A stretch of 52,691 nucleotides of DNA, taken from NCBI GenBank assembly GCA_016183305.1, contig JACPEW010000003.1:1-52691 (forward strand), written 5' to 3'. The first letter of the stretch is position 1. Each line of letters starts with the position of its first letter. The stretch comes from Candidatus Daviesbacteria bacterium (GTDB taxonomy: Bacteria; Patescibacteriota; Microgenomatia; Daviesbacterales; UBA10151). The notes beneath the pieces were generated by a model. The model was not told where the DNA came from. It saw only the letters and a list, made by a program, of their open reading frames with translations, and ran no database searches. This document shows positions 7,839-17,213 of this stretch, piece by piece. A program made the position numbers and the translations under genes.

Positions 7839-8705
7839 TCACCTCCTTTTCTTTAAATAGATAAGTTGTTTAACGGCAAAATAAACAATAGATAAAGCAA
7901 TACCAACAAAAATAACTGCCCAACCTATTTCAGGGATAATTTGGGTAAACTGGCTGATAGATTTAATAAATTTTGTAAGATAAATGTTGAGGGTAACCTG
8001 GTATGAATTATGGGAAGTGAGCTGACTGGTTCTTGCAAGATAAATAATAACAACTCCCAGTATTAGGAACATTAATCCCGAGAAGAGGTTAGCGAACGTA
8101 AGGCTAATTTTTTGGCCAAGCAAATTGTAAGAAATGCTTTTCCTGAAAGCAAAAAACTTCTTGGTAAAATCAACCTTGTCCAGGAAAAAGGCAATAAGAA
8201 AAAGAGGGAGAACCATTCCCAGTACATAAGCCAGAGTATAAACTCCTCCTAAGAAAACTGATCCGGGTAGTGCTGATAAAGTTAAAACTCCAGCCAGTAC
8301 CGGAGCACAGCAAGTTGTGGCAATGGCAGAAAATATACCTAAGACATAAACTGATATAAAATCTTGTCTTTTCAACTCGGGATGGATACTGAAAGGCAGA
8401 GAGAATTGTTGTCCCAAGAGCAAAGTCATGCCTAAGAATAATAAAAAGACTCCTCCAACAATAAAGATAGTGTCATGATACTGGCTAAAAATTTGAGTAA
8501 GGAATGAAACCCCAAGACCGATAGGGAGGAAGATAGATAAAATACCAAGGAAATAGATAAAAGTCATCAGAAATACCGTGGCTTTTTGCTTAAAGATGGA
8601 AGCAAAGTAGGTTGGCAAAAGCACAGTGATACAACAGGGTGCAAAAAGCGCTGCAATTCCTGCAAAAAATGAAGCTATAAATGATGCGCTAATTAAAAGG
8701 TCCAT
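7839..8705 (-). CDS. CcdA/DsbD-like transmembrane electron transporter
   Basis: SFFAGIAALFAPCCITVLLP, TTCCAPVLAGVL, YVLGMVLPL; about 7 TM segments. Confidence 0.88.
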   Translation of the reverse strand: MDLLISASFIASFFAGIAALFAPCCITVLLPTYFASIFKQKATVFLMTFIYFLGILSIFLPIGLGVSFLTQIFSQYHDTIFIVGGVFLLFLGMTLLLGQQFSLPFSIHPELKRQDFISVYVLGIFSAIATTCCAPVLAGVLTLSALPGSVFLGGVYTLAYVLGMVLPLFLIAFFLDKVDFTKKFFAFRKSISYNLLGQKISLTFANLFSGLMFLILGVVIIYLARTSQLTSHNSYQVTLNIYLTKFIKSISQFTQIIPEIGWAVIFVGIALSIVYFAVKQLIYLKKRR

Positions 8706-8708
8706 AAA

Positions 8709-9305
8709 TTAAAGTTTGTCTATTTCTGCAATTAACTCCTGATTTCTGACTGCCATTTGAACATCGTCTTTGGTGTACCGGACAAGTCCTTCTTTATCCA
8801 GAACTACATATGTATGCCCCGGAAGCTGTCCTTTATGCATTGATGAAGGGAGGGAAAGCATGTTGTAGGCTATGGAAACTTTTTTGTCTGTATCAAGAAG
8901 AACAGTGGCTCCCGCAAGTTCAGGCATTTTCTCAATAGCCCCTTTCCAATCATTTTTGGGATCATTAACAATTGTTAGCACTACAGCGTTCTTATCAGTA
9001 AACTCTTGGCCTTTCCCAAAAGCAGCAATTTGATCCCAGCAGGCAGGGTAACACATTAAACCCTCACTAAAAAAGAGGACAACATTTTTACCTTTAAGAC
9101 TGCTTAAAGTCATTTTATCCCCGTTATAGCTCTCCAAAGTAAAATCAGGCGCAGGTTTACCAATTAGATCATTAAGTGGTGTATTTGTAGCTTGACTCGT
9201 GGAAGAACCCTCATTACTGCTACCACTTAACAGAAAAACCGCCCCAACAAGCATGGCAACTGTAGCCAGAGCACCTATTGTAATAATGAGCTTATCTTTA
9301 CCCAT
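8709..9305 (-). CDS. second membrane-anchored CYPAC thioredoxin-fold protein (paralog of 7168-7833)
   Basis: IGKPAPDFTLESY, EGLMCYPACWDQ, SSMHKGQLPGH, DDVQMAVRNQEL nearly identical to the paralog. Confidence 0.85.
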   Translation of the reverse strand: MGKDKLIITIGALATVAMLVGAVFLLSGSSNEGSSTSQATNTPLNDLIGKPAPDFTLESYNGDKMTLSSLKGKNVVLFFSEGLMCYPACWDQIAAFGKGQEFTDKNAVVLTIVNDPKNDWKGAIEKMPELAGATVLLDTDKKVSIAYNMLSLPSSMHKGQLPGHTYVVLDKEGLVRYTKDDVQMAVRNQELIAEIDKL

Positions 9306-9436
9306 AAAAATTTTTAGTGATAGGACTTACCACTTTGTTTGGTATTATCCTTCAGAAACTTTAAAAACTGTCACGGCTATGAACACTACGCCGGAGAGAC
9401 CTAAACAAATCATCAGCAATTTACCGCCCGTCAGTT

Positions 9437-9910
9437 TTAGAGATCCCATTTAAATCTCCTTTCAGGAATGCCTCCGGCATTTTTAATATTTAACTCCAGC
9501 GATTTAGGCTTTGGTGAAATTGGATTAAACTTCAAAATACCCTGGCGGTGATGGCCTCCGGGAGGAGCACCTTCCCAGGATATGGGTTTATATGACTTTC
9601 CCTGACCATCTACAAGCTCAGATATAGCAACCAGGTCTTCATTGAGTTCTTCCGAATGAGTGTTTAATGTGATATCAAAATCCCAGACAGATAAACCCTT
9701 TTCTAAACCTTTTGGGGTAACAGCAACAGAAACAGGACCCCCGTTACTTTCTTTTGTTTCCAAATCACTTTTATTTTGGCTAGGGCTACCTTGAATCGCA
9801 ACGGGTGTATTTATATTCTTGGGACCTATATTGACAGAGAAACTATCCTTGAGCTTAACACCCAGGATTAAAAATAATATAGCAATAACGGCAACTGTAA
9901 TTTTTTTCAT
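9437..9910 (-). CDS. exported hypothetical protein with GGHH motif
   Basis: N-terminal hydrophobic segment; LNTHSEEL, WEGAPPGGHHRQGILKF. Confidence 0.75.
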   Translation of the reverse strand: MKKITVAVIAILFLILGVKLKDSFSVNIGPKNINTPVAIQGSPSQNKSDLETKESNGGPVSVAVTPKGLEKGLSVWDFDITLNTHSEELNEDLVAISELVDGQGKSYKPISWEGAPPGGHHRQGILKFNPISPKPKSLELNIKNAGGIPERRFKWDL

Positions 9911-10389
9911 TGCTTCACCGAAACTTTCAATACTTTATTGCGAAGCAAAAACTTTAGTTTATTTCCTATGTAAAATATTCCTAAAAGATTAAAAAATAAG
10001 CCGGTCCAAAAAAATTGAACCTGGTATTGACCAATAAAAGTAATAATTCCAGTTACCCCAAGGATAGGCAAGATGTTGGTGAGATAATGAGCGCAGCAGG
10101 AGATCATTGCACCTGTTGAGGTTGCACCGGTTGTAGCCAGAACTTGCCCAGTAGCTTGCTCTTTAATAACACCCTTAAGATAGCTATAGAGACTAAATTG
10201 TATTCCAAAGCCTAAAGCAAGACTCATGACGTAATACCAAAACTGGGTGAATTGTTCCCAGGTAAACTTCCACCCGGAAACAAGGGTTAGGGTGAGAAAA
10301 TATACAGATAAAAGAGTAAGGAAAGCCAAGCTTCCTTTTAACACTGATCTCTTCAAAATTCTTAGGTTTATGCTTAAATTACCCATCAT
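9907..10389 (-). CDS. multi-pass membrane protein with SCCAH motif
   Basis: Four hydrophobic segments; GAMISCCAHYL; likely start at ATG 10389. Confidence 0.75.
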   Translation of the reverse strand: MMGNLSINLRILKRSVLKGSLAFLTLLSVYFLTLTLVSGWKFTWEQFTQFWYYVMSLALGFGIQFSLYSYLKGVIKEQATGQVLATTGATSTGAMISCCAHYLTNILPILGVTGIITFIGQYQVQFFWTGLFFNLLGIFYIGNKLKFLLRNKVLKVSVKQ

Positions 10390-10404
10390 ATTAAGTCTAG
10401 CATA

Positions 10405-10431
10405 ATTGATACTACACATTGTAGTATCAAT
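10405..10431. promoter_or_regulatory. perfect palindrome, candidate BlaI-type operator
   Basis: ATTGATACTACA-CAT-TGTAGTATCAAT; contains TACTAC-N5-GTAGTA, 16 bp upstream of the 10389 start. Confidence 0.65.
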
Positions 10432-10442
10432 TTAGAAAACCA

Positions 10443-10853
10443 CTACCCCTGTCCTTTCCTAAAGATAAGCATAATTTCTTGAAGTTGCCGGTCAGTGTTC
10501 TTTCCGTTTACTACTTTCTTAACACATTCTTTAAGATGGACTGACAGAATTTCTTCATCAGCCAGCTTAAGATACCTTTGAACCACCCTAGACCGCTGGA
10601 TAATATCAAGACAATACTTTCCTCCTTCCGTCACCGTTAACACCTGTTGCAGGTGACGTAAGGCAATTGTTAATAACTTTAGGGCTTTTTTCTTGCAGCA
10701 ACTTTCATAGTAGCGGTAGAGCCAGAAGGCAATTCCATCAAGCAGTAGAAGAGGAATTAAAAATATTTTATTTGTACCTTCCTGTCTTAAGATTAAAAGA
10801 TAACCGGAAGAAATCAAAAGAAAAAACAAACCACCGCAACAAAGTAAATACAT
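10443..10853 (-). CDS. CsoR/RcnR-family metal-sensing repressor with hydrophobic N-terminal extension
   Basis: KYCLDIIQRSRVVQRYL...SVHLKECV gives the C-x-H-x3-C ligand set; N-terminal about 50 aa hydrophobic with two CC pairs. Confidence 0.75.
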   Translation of the reverse strand: MYLLCCGGLFFLLISSGYLLILRQEGTNKIFLIPLLLLDGIAFWLYRYYESCCKKKALKLLTIALRHLQQVLTVTEGGKYCLDIIQRSRVVQRYLKLADEEILSVHLKECVKKVVNGKNTDRQLQEIMLIFRKGQG

Positions 10854-10907
10854 TAGTACAAAAGGTATAACTGCACGGGAGGATTAATAACCCAAGTTTC
10901 TGAAGGA

Positions 10908-11153
10908 TCAACAATTTTTAACCTTTCTACTAGGACAGTTTTTTTCTCCTAATTCAATTTTTTTACTGAACTCAGCCGCAACCACCCTCAGAGGTTTACC
11001 TGTAGCTTTCTCAATTTGGGTAATTTCCTGGCTAGTATTTTTAATTCCTAAGTTTAGGTAAACATTAAAACCAATAAACAGTGTTACTAACACTACTAAA
11101 AATAAAGGTGTTTTTTTAAAAAAAGGAAGACATGGCAAGGGCATAGACCGCAA
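10908..11153 (-). other. possible gene fragment with one TM segment
   Basis: LFLVVLVTLFIGFNVYLNLG segment in another frame right after the ccdA2 stop; no good start. Confidence 0.25.
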
Positions 11154-11643
11154 AATTAATTACTCCTCCAAACATTCCCTTCTGGGCCAATGATTGAAAA
11201 ATCACCAACAAAAAAATTGGTAAAGTACACCCTATCGCCCCAAAAGCGTAAACTATGCCAAAGAGATAAAACCTTCTTCCGCCATTTGTCTTAGTTTGGA
11301 TAACAACAGGCGGTCTGGTAGCGAATTCATAGCCAAATAGCGTTGATGATCCCATAAATAAAAGTAGCCTTCCAGTGGCAAGCTCTATCCAGGGAAAAAT
11401 AGGAGCAATAAGGCGCCCAAAAAGGGCCAAAATGATGCCGGAGACAACGTAAACACTAATAAGGCCTAAACCGGCGAAGCTGCCGGCTTTAAGGCCAAAA
11501 AGAATTTGTTGTATTTTATTGTTATCTCCCGTTTCCTGTTTAACATAATAGCCGGCATACGCCGGAATTAATGCAATACTGCATGGAGCAAAGAATGCCT
11601 GCAGGCCTGCCAGGAACGGGAAGGACACCAAAACTAGATCCAT
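11116..11643 (-). pseudogene. second CcdA-like protein, truncated
   Basis: FLAGLQAFFAPCSIALIPAY, AIGCTLPIFL, FAVYALAMS, then stop inside a T7A7 tract (11111-11124); the usual final TM segments are missing. Confidence 0.7.
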
Positions 11644-11854
11644 ACCGCCATCCTTTCCTTAAAAGTAATACCAGTGAAACAAATAAGACCAAGTATAGCA
11701 GTCCGTCTAAGACCGATCCACCGAATGTTATTATTGCTGGCAGAAGTGTGTGCAAAGCATCAAGTAGTAGACGAAAACCCCAAACCATCAAGATAGCAGC
11801 TAAATAGTATTTAGGGTTCTCATACCAAATATATTTTTTAACTCTCTTCCCCAT
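11540..11854 (-). CDS. small membrane protein (3' end overlaps ccdA2)
   Basis: Two hydrophobic segments in the first 65 aa; C-terminal 35 aa overlap the ccdA2 start and are doubtful. Confidence 0.5.
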   Translation of the reverse strand: MGKRVKKYIWYENPKYYLAAILMVWGFRLLLDALHTLLPAIITFGGSVLDGLLYLVLFVSLVLLLRKGWRYGSSFGVLPVPGRPAGILCSMQYCINSGVCRLLC

Positions 11855-11857
11855 ATT

Positions 11858-12442
11858 TTACAAAGGTGCTTTTTCAGGACCGCGGTTTTCATTTGTTTCC
11901 ATGAAAGTTTTGATTTGACTTTCGTCAATTGTTTGGAGTTTAAGTAATCTGCCCCATGAAGTTAAAGCAATTGGCACATCAAGGCTGTCCCTTGGAACCA
12001 TAATTTTTTTACTAACTGAAACAGATCCAAAAATTTGTTTTAACCTGTCAATATCTTGCTCAGATAAAACATTTATCTTTGCTGATTCCGTTCCTTCTGT
12101 TAGTTGATTATCTGTGCCACCGGATGGTTTGTACCAAAGTATAACGGCTCCGTGTTCCATGCTGTGTATCAGATTCCCGTCCTGGACAGGTTTATCATAG
12201 ATACCGGCAGGCTGGGAATTAGCATAATGGGGACCTGATGTTGGCGGATTTGTACTATACTCTTCTTTTGTACCTTCCGGTACATGGTTTGCACCCTGAC
12301 TGGCAATAGCCTCTCCTATTAAGGGTTGGCTTAATTTTGCCTGATCCTTGGCGCCTTGAATACTCAGAAACCAGATACCACCGCCAAGAAGAATAACGGC
12401 GGCTATTATAACTCCTATAATAACTTTAGTTTCTGTCGTCAT
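11858..12442 (-). CDS. DUF3105 domain protein
   Basis: HVPEG..YSTNPPTSGPHY, LIHSMEHGAVILWY, IALTSWGRLL; N-terminal TM. Confidence 0.88.
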   Translation of the reverse strand: MTTETKVIIGVIIAAVILLGGGIWFLSIQGAKDQAKLSQPLIGEAIASQGANHVPEGTKEEYSTNPPTSGPHYANSQPAGIYDKPVQDGNLIHSMEHGAVILWYKPSGGTDNQLTEGTESAKINVLSEQDIDRLKQIFGSVSVSKKIMVPRDSLDVPIALTSWGRLLKLQTIDESQIKTFMETNENRGPEKAPL

Positions 12443-12449
12443 ACATTTC

Positions 12450-12797
12450 TCACTTTTTGGTAATAGTAATATTAATATTAAAAAGTTTGCTCAAAAAGTT
12501 GTCAGAATTCATCCTCCACATTAAGAATTGATTAAATATGAATGCTCCAATAATTACGATTAGAAGGATCACGCTTAACTTTTTCATTAAAGCTTGCGGG
12601 CCGGTATCTTTAGGAAGTGTCTGAAATTGTATTTGCGTAGTAGGTACTTGTTCCGGAATTTTAAGCTTAGATATCTCTTCTTCCGATATTAAAATACCTT
12701 GCAGAGAATGACGGAAAAGGAAGTAAATTATGCCTCCAATGATCAGGATGCCACCTAAAAACAGAAAAAAATCAGTGTAATCGGTTAAATTAATCAT
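12450..12797 (-). CDS. hypothetical membrane protein (2 TM)
   Basis: Co-directional ORF filling the gap; two hydrophobic segments. Confidence 0.65.
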   Translation of the reverse strand: MINLTDYTDFFLFLGGILIIGGIIYFLFRHSLQGILISEEEISKLKIPEQVPTTQIQFQTLPKDTGPQALMKKLSVILLIVIIGAFIFNQFLMWRMNSDNFLSKLFNINITITKK

Positions 12798-12799
12798 TT

Positions 12800-14077
12800 T
12801 TAAAGCCCGTGTCTTCCATCAGAACCTGCACCACCATGTGACTCATGTGGGAGGGCGCTGTCGTTCCCGGTCGCTAACAGATAATCTTCCAGCATGCCTT
12901 TGGGATACCACAGGGCATACCAGAGGTGCGATTCACCAACAAGTTGTTCATCCGAATATCTACCGCCGTAATTTGCAATCATAAAGCGGTAATAGCCTCT
13001 AACCGCCTTTGCATGAGCACATCCGCAGTTTTTATTCATCGTGACATTATTTGGTCCGCCACAACAATAGCTACAAGTCATCATAGTAGAGATCAGCTTT
13101 TGATATCTTGCTTCCTGTTCCGTTGATAATTTAATGGAGATTTCAAACGCTCCCCATTTCTTTTGGGCATTGATGGGATCATCAAAAGCAACATCATCAG
13201 GAGCATAAAAAGGTTTACCGGTTGCAATCATTACCACCTTGGCATCAGCAAGCGCGTTTCCGGAATTTGGGTTAGCAGGAACTTGCGTGATTGTAGGCCA
13301 CTCAAACAACGAGGTGGTTTTCCCATCAGGATTTATTTTGGGAGCAATGATGGTATAGGTAGATTTGGTTTGTATACCTAGTAGCTTTGCTACAAATCCT
13401 TTATTTGAAGTCATCCCCATTGCAGCGGCAATCTGAGACATCAAAAGTTGGTTCACAAGGAAAAGTCCTGCCAAAGAAAAAACAAGAATATTTTGTAGCG
13501 GTAAAATGAAAAACCTTTTTTGTGCTTCTTGTTTTACATCAAGGCTTTTAAAATTGTGTGATATATCGTTACATTCTTTGCAATGAATAGCTGCTTTAAC
13601 TTTGCTAATACCATAGAGCAAGGATCCTGTTAAAAGGCCTAAACTCAAAAATTTAAGTTCTAAACCCTGTAAGGGGAATACCGATAACCCACCTGCCACG
13701 CCAATTACTGATAACAAAAATGCTCCACAAACAGGACAACCCATACTAAATGCAGCTGTTATTAAGCCCCCAAAATTGGCACCAATGTTCCTGGTTTGAC
13801 TTAACCTGGAGTGACGATAAAGCCAAAAAGCGGTGGCCACACTAATACCAGATAAAGCAATTATCAAAACAGTTGTAACTATAAAAGCTATGCCATATAA
13901 CGTACTGTATGTACCAAAATCACCATTCTTTATGTTATCTAAGAAACTTTGAATGGTTGTAGTTTTATAAAACAACCAATAAGAAAGATAGGAAAATGCT
14001 AAAGTTGTGTAGAAGGCTGCATACCTGTAAAAAGATTCCCTAAAAATGATTTTTAGTGGTGTCAATATTGTATTCAT
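12800..14077 (-). CDS. membrane protein with CPVC and CKEC motifs and a C-terminal Cys-rich (CSYCC...CGCAH) domain
   Basis: FSMGCPVCGAFL, HCKEC, MMTCSYCCGG...NCGCAHAKAVRG; five N-terminal TM segments. Confidence 0.8.
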   Translation of the reverse strand: MNTILTPLKIIFRESFYRYAAFYTTLAFSYLSYWLFYKTTTIQSFLDNIKNGDFGTYSTLYGIAFIVTTVLIIALSGISVATAFWLYRHSRLSQTRNIGANFGGLITAAFSMGCPVCGAFLLSVIGVAGGLSVFPLQGLELKFLSLGLLTGSLLYGISKVKAAIHCKECNDISHNFKSLDVKQEAQKRFFILPLQNILVFSLAGLFLVNQLLMSQIAAAMGMTSNKGFVAKLLGIQTKSTYTIIAPKINPDGKTTSLFEWPTITQVPANPNSGNALADAKVVMIATGKPFYAPDDVAFDDPINAQKKWGAFEISIKLSTEQEARYQKLISTMMTCSYCCGGPNNVTMNKNCGCAHAKAVRGYYRFMIANYGGRYSDEQLVGESHLWYALWYPKGMLEDYLLATGNDSALPHESHGGAGSDGRHGL

Positions 14078-14079
14078 GA

Positions 14080-15288
14080 TTATTGTTGCGCTCCGCTTGG
14101 CGTAGCTGACTGAACCTTACCTACTATCTGATCAGTTGTTAAATCCTTATAAACGGCACCTCTTAGTTGCTGCATTTCCCTAAACACATACCAGCCGTCT
14201 GTTTCCACTGTCCCCACATTTTTCCAAACATTTTTTAAGTCCGTGTACTGATCTGATCCGGGTGACGCAAGAATAGTAGGAACCTTGGTAATCTTATACT
14301 TGCTAATCAAACCCTGCCCTTCACCTGAAGATACATCAACAGTCCGTTCAGACCTGATACCTACACCATATCCTTGTTTGAGAATAGGTTTTTGAACTGT
14401 ATCTGCTTTATAACATTCACTACAACTAGAGTCGGTTAAATAGATTAAATCAACTAAACCTAAGATTTGATTCTTCTCTAAGTCTCTATACGGCAGGAAC
14501 AGATTACGCGCCACATAAGTTTTGTCCTGTTCAACTGTACCAATGTTTGCCCAACTGGATTTAATATTGTCATAGAAATCTATATCAGATGAAAGCATAA
14601 AAGTTGGCAGCTTGGTAATTTTGTACTGATTGATAATTCTTTGTCCTTCAAAGGAGTTCCAGGTGATTTCTTTTTGATCCACAATTTTTATTCCGGATTT
14701 TTTAAAGCTTTCTATCGTTAACTTGGGACCGGTGCACTCCGTACAAGATGGATCAGTTAAGATAGTTGCAATTACCTTACCCACTTCTTGTTTACTGTCA
14801 GTATCAATAAAAACAGGAGTAACTTTGGTAAAGACAAAATTATTATTTTTAATCTCACCATTATTCTTAATAAAGTCCTCCAGGTTACTCTTAGTTACTT
14901 CTCCTGAAACAATGTAGGATGGAACTTTTTTAATAGCAAACTCTTTGATGGAGGCGCTGGCTTCCGGCGAATCAAAATTTAATGTTCTTTCCTCTTCTAC
15001 CTTGACATTCTGCTTTTTAAAGCCGTTGACAGCAGCATCAATGTTAAAACAGTCCTGACAGCCAGGGACAGAAATCTTAACAATCTTGACATTAGCTGGC
15101 CGGGCTGCTTCTTTTGCAGCAGCAATATTTTTATTGACGGCAACAAGGGTTTTAGTAGAAACAAGCGCTCCTATAACTGTGGTGGCAAGTGTGACAATCA
15201 AAATTATCTTTGGCCATGTAATATTTAGCTCCTTTTTCTTGCTATTTAACCCCGGGCCGATACTAGATACGGCATCTTTCCTGTTCAT
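14080..15288 (-). CDS. membrane-anchored protein with three thioredoxin-like CxxC repeats
   Basis: CQDC, CTEC, CSEC, each followed by S.EG..LI.KY.I.K[LV]P; N-terminal TM. Confidence 0.82.
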   Translation of the reverse strand: MNRKDAVSSIGPGLNSKKKELNITWPKIILIVTLATTVIGALVSTKTLVAVNKNIAAAKEAARPANVKIVKISVPGCQDCFNIDAAVNGFKKQNVKVEEERTLNFDSPEASASIKEFAIKKVPSYIVSGEVTKSNLEDFIKNNGEIKNNNFVFTKVTPVFIDTDSKQEVGKVIATILTDPSCTECTGPKLTIESFKKSGIKIVDQKEITWNSFEGQRIINQYKITKLPTFMLSSDIDFYDNIKSSWANIGTVEQDKTYVARNLFLPYRDLEKNQILGLVDLIYLTDSSCSECYKADTVQKPILKQGYGVGIRSERTVDVSSGEGQGLISKYKITKVPTILASPGSDQYTDLKNVWKNVGTVETDGWYVFREMQQLRGAVYKDLTTDQIVGKVQSATPSGAQQ

Positions 15289-15342
15289 AATTTCGTCAGA
15301 AATTTCAAGCTTGCTTATAATATTTAGACAGTTTGTGCATCA

Positions 15343-15618
15343 CTAGCATCCTCCAACCATTGATTGTGGCACGTCCGCATTGCTTCCTGTGCCAACTCCA
15401 CCGCTTGTAGTAGCAGGAGCAACTTTTACTGGAGTAGCGCTGGCTTTAGAACTGATACGTACTAATTGAAACGTTTGGAAAAGAGTAATTACAGCTATGA
15501 GCCCAAGCACCACAATTTGTAAGTTAGGTTTGGGAACACGCAATACTACGGTATTATTGTTTTCTTGACTCGGAGAATGACGTGTTGTATTTGTTTCTAC
15601 CCGTTGATTTTCTGTCAT
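15343..15618 (-). CDS. small single-TM protein ending in MVGGC
   Basis: AGGAGGTG RBS upstream; one TM; terminal SMVGGC. Confidence 0.75.
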   Translation of the reverse strand: MTENQRVETNTTRHSPSQENNNTVVLRVPKPNLQIVVLGLIAVITLFQTFQLVRISSKASATPVKVAPATTSGGVGTGSNADVPQSMVGGC

Positions 15619-15640
15619 AAAGCACCTCCTTCCGTAATAG

Positions 15641-15680
15641 ACTACGACTTATTGTAGTAGAATAATTTTAGCTTTGTCAA
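15641..15680 (-). promoter_or_regulatory. sigma70-like promoter overlapped by a candidate BlaI operator
   Basis: TTGACA (15680-15675)-N18-TACAAT (15656-15651); TACGAC-TTATT-GTAGTA at 15643-15659 covers the -10. Confidence 0.65.
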
Positions 15681-15695
15681 TGAGGAAGGGATCAA

Positions 15696-16793
15696 CTAGT
15701 GGCTAAAAAGAGGCGCTTGGTATTCAGAAACCTGTGCAGTAAATAGGGTTTGATTCCCCGGAAACTTAGAGTCCAATAAAGACTTATCTACATCATTTGA
15801 ATGGTTATCGCATTTCCTTTCTGGTAAGAATAGATGTGCCGGGATATAGTTCGAAGACTTTCCGGTATCAGTATGACATTGCTGCGGACAGGATTGTTCT
15901 GCAGAACAGAGAAAATAAGCGGAGTTATCCATTGAATCCGCATGAAAAGCATTAACTGGTGTTTGGAGCAAAAACCAACTTACGAGAACAAATAAAAAAG
16001 TTGTAAGTAAGCTAACAATTGATAGTCTAAACTTACATTTTGTTCCTGGATTTATCAGGCGGTGAATTCTTATTTCAAAATAATCAGGGCCGGAAACGTT
16101 GGAGGCTGTTGCCAAATCTAAATCTGGTGCGGCTAAAATTTTTTTGAGTGCGCTGCGGAGAAAAGTTGATTTTTGTTGATGGCTTATTGTCCATTGATCT
16201 GCTAAAAGTTCATTAACAGCCTCTATATTTTTGCGGAGATCCGCAAAAAGAGGCAAGAAGAAAAACATCGAAGAAAAAGTTTTGCCGGTAAGTACTTTAA
16301 TTGGATCCCGGTTGATTAGGTGGGATTGTTCATGAAGTAAAACTGCTTCTAATTCTTTCATTGTCAGAGATTTTATAAGACCTGTGCTTATCACAATGAA
16401 AGGAGAAAAAATACCACAGCAAAAAGAGAACAAATTTTTATCTCTGACTAAGATTACCTTATTTATAAGACTTAAGCTTTCTAAAGTTTTTGTTAGATCC
16501 GGGGGTATCGAAGTTTTATTTACCAGCAACCTTCCTAATAAAATGTGAGTTTTAACAAGTTGTACCAAAAACGAGAGAAGACCTATCCCCAGAACAGCTC
16601 CAATAATAAGAATAAGCGACTGGGGAAGCGAACGTGGAATTTCAAACATAATATTAGAAATAAATTTTTGGCAAAGAAAGAGTGTTTTGGAAGTAAATAA
16701 CGGTGAGGCTTTGTATAAAAGAGCGCTTATAACTAAACTGACAGTTAATGCAGAAAAAACCAGAGCATAAAAACTAATATTAATTCTCCTCAT
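15696..16793 (-). CDS. BlaR1/MecR1-like M56 membrane metallopeptidase
   Basis: IVISTGLIKSL..ELEAVLLHEQSHLINRDP, ELLADQWT, RIHRL; no penicillin-binding sensor domain; Cys-rich C-tail. Confidence 0.9.
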   Translation of the reverse strand: MRRINISFYALVFSALTVSLVISALLYKASPLFTSKTLFLCQKFISNIMFEIPRSLPQSLILIIGAVLGIGLLSFLVQLVKTHILLGRLLVNKTSIPPDLTKTLESLSLINKVILVRDKNLFSFCCGIFSPFIVISTGLIKSLTMKELEAVLLHEQSHLINRDPIKVLTGKTFSSMFFFLPLFADLRKNIEAVNELLADQWTISHQQKSTFLRSALKKILAAPDLDLATASNVSGPDYFEIRIHRLINPGTKCKFRLSIVSLLTTFLFVLVSWFLLQTPVNAFHADSMDNSAYFLCSAEQSCPQQCHTDTGKSSNYIPAHLFLPERKCDNHSNDVDKSLLDSKFPGNQTLFTAQVSEYQAPLFSH

Positions 16794-16819
16794 AATCAGA
16801 CAATACGGTAATTTCTTTC

Positions 16820-17206
16820 TTAATCTTCACCTAAAATTTTTAATAGCTCTTGTCGTTTCTTTGGGCTGATTTTTTGAATTTCTTTTATAAAATGAGCCAG
16901 TACCTCTTCTCCTAAAGTAGAAACTGCTGATGAAAAAATGCCATGAACAGCTCTTGCTACAAATTGTTCTTTAGAGACTTTAGGTTTATATAGATAACTT
17001 GGCCCACTCATGTGTCTTACCAGGACACCCTTATTTACAAGCCTTGCCATAATAGTCATGACAGTTGTATAGGCAACCTGGCGTCTTTTGTTTAAAACTT
17101 CAGTCACACTTTTAACCGAAACTGCACCCTTTTGACCCCAGATAATTTCCATTACCTCGGATTCCAGATCACCCAAAACTTTACCGGTAACCCGTTTCTT
17201 GTTCAT
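16820..17206 (-). CDS. BlaI/MecI/CopY-family transcriptional repressor
   Basis: LGDLESEVMEIIW, VAYTTVMTIMARLVNKGVL, YLYKP. Confidence 0.93.
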   Translation of the reverse strand: MNKKRVTGKVLGDLESEVMEIIWGQKGAVSVKSVTEVLNKRRQVAYTTVMTIMARLVNKGVLVRHMSGPSYLYKPKVSKEQFVARAVHGIFSSAVSTLGEEVLAHFIKEIQKISPKKRQELLKILGED

Positions 17207-17213
17207 CTTCCCG

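Noticed and set aside
11111-11124. T7A7 tract as a programmed frameshift in ccdA2
   Set aside because: Neither shifted frame gives a convincing CcdA C-terminus; a deletion junction is more likely.
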